Assembly: GCA_964016885.1 (NCBI GenBank)
Contig: OZ024740.1
Coordinates: 1,984,001 to 2,048,000, forward strand
Reading direction: 5' to 3'
DNA: 64,000 nucleotides
DNA from: Eledone cirrhosa
Taxonomy: Eukaryota
The notes beneath the pieces are model-generated. The model did no database searches, had not been told where the DNA came from, and saw nothing but the letters and a program-made list of their open reading frames with translations. Of the stretch, positions 62,895 to 64,000 are shown piece by piece (the stretch's first letter is position 1; each line of letters starts with the position of its first letter). A program made the translations under genes and the position numbers.

Positions 62895-63346
62895 AATCAC
62901 AGGAGATAATTTTTACAAGTATAATTTTTACAGGCACACATAGCTAGGTAGGTAACTAAATAAAATTAACCAGAACTTCAAAAATAGATACCTTATAATA
63001 TGATTAATCTGTATATATTCCATTAAAGAAATATATTTCACCAATTAATCGAATGGTAAACCATGGAGGCCAGTACTTGGATTTTCAACAAGGACCTATT
63101 CGTTAGAATCTTAGAGCTTATTTTGCGGGTGATATGGCGCATGTCTTTCTGGCATGACACCCATAATTTTGATTATCTTAATTTTGGATATATATATATA
63201 TACTTCAGAATAATAACAACTCCAGAAAAATTTTACTGTAGAGTGCTTTTAATCTATTGTAAAACTATATTCATTGAATAATCAATGAACCTCATTTATA
63301 TATATATATACATATATATATATACATATATATATATACATATATA

Positions 63347-63510
63347 TAAATGAGGTTGGTGTTAGGAAGGGCATCCAGCTGTAGAAAACAAGCCAGAATC
63401 AGTTCCCATATGAGCAAGACAAGGTCAGCCGACCGGACACTGCCCACAACAGGACAACCCGTCTAACCCATGCTAGCGTGGAAGAACGGACGTAAAACGG
63501 TGATGATGAT
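63347..63510 (+). mobile_element. RTE family B 3' end fragment
   Basis: Matches 53914-54075. Confidence 0.88.
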
Positions 63511-63603
63511 ATGTATGTAAACGGTAAACAGAAATAACACCACAATCAGTACAGTATATGGAAGGGATATATTAGGTTAACACTTGATATAGTAGGAAGA
63601 GGG

Positions 63604-63639
63604 TCTTAACGTTTCAGACGCTAGTCCTTCATCAGAAGA
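63604..63639 (-). ncRNA. Candidate minimal hammerhead ribozyme (Penelope-like repeat)
   Basis: Minus strand TCTT-CTGATGA-A-GGAC-TAGC-GTCT-GAAA-CGTT-AAGA: both core boxes, stem II, palindromic stem III and a 4-bp stem I. Confidence 0.55.
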
Positions 63640-64000
63640 AAGAATGAGAAATAAGATAGATTGAAGGGACGGGTGGGAGGGAATTGGAAAAAATGTCTTT
63701 AGTTAAAAATAACAGGTCCATTCATGTTGACATCTCTTGCAAAACTGTTGGTGCTGGCGTTTCGTGTATGATTTAATTTTTAGAAAAGCAGATGATGGAG
63801 CATGTCTACCTGAAATGGAAAAGAAAACGTTTTGTAAAAAGAGCTATACTTGTGCATGTGTTTGTGTGTGTGTGTGTTATACATCCGTACGAAGGTAAGA
63901 AGAAATGTGTGTGTATGTAAGTAAAAGAGTGTGTGTGCATGTAAGTACGAAGCTATGATCAAAAGTATGTATCGGCATGTATTAGTAGTAAGAGAAGCTG

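Overview
Eukaryotic (metazoan, probably cephalopod or other mollusc; this is an inference from the repeat landscape) genomic DNA, not prokaryotic. Four short + strand exons of an oxysterol-binding-protein-related gene (ORP1/ORP2 subfamily, C-terminal ligand-binding domain) lie at 11794-11926, 36231-36392, 43516-43639 and from 48588. They are separated by introns filled with retroelements and about 33 kb of unrelated 41-56 bp minisatellite arrays. The first 11 kb is a same-orientation train of two RTE LINE copies, a near full-length CR1-group LINE and a short structured element, all set in one TATATATGTC microsatellite. The most notable observations are two multi-kb minisatellites whose parent transposons are still attached: a 47-bp array derived from the RTE 3' UTR repeat, and a 45-bp array derived from the tRNA-like A-box head of a SINE. 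Also present are a CR1 ORF1 with Myb/SANT-like, polyQ and CCCH features, candidate HDV-like and hammerhead ribozyme remnants, a non-autonomous Helitron, piggyBac-type and Tc1/pogo-type MITEs, and SINE fragments. No CRISPR array, rRNA gene or true tRNA gene is supported. All calls are by eye; no database search was run.
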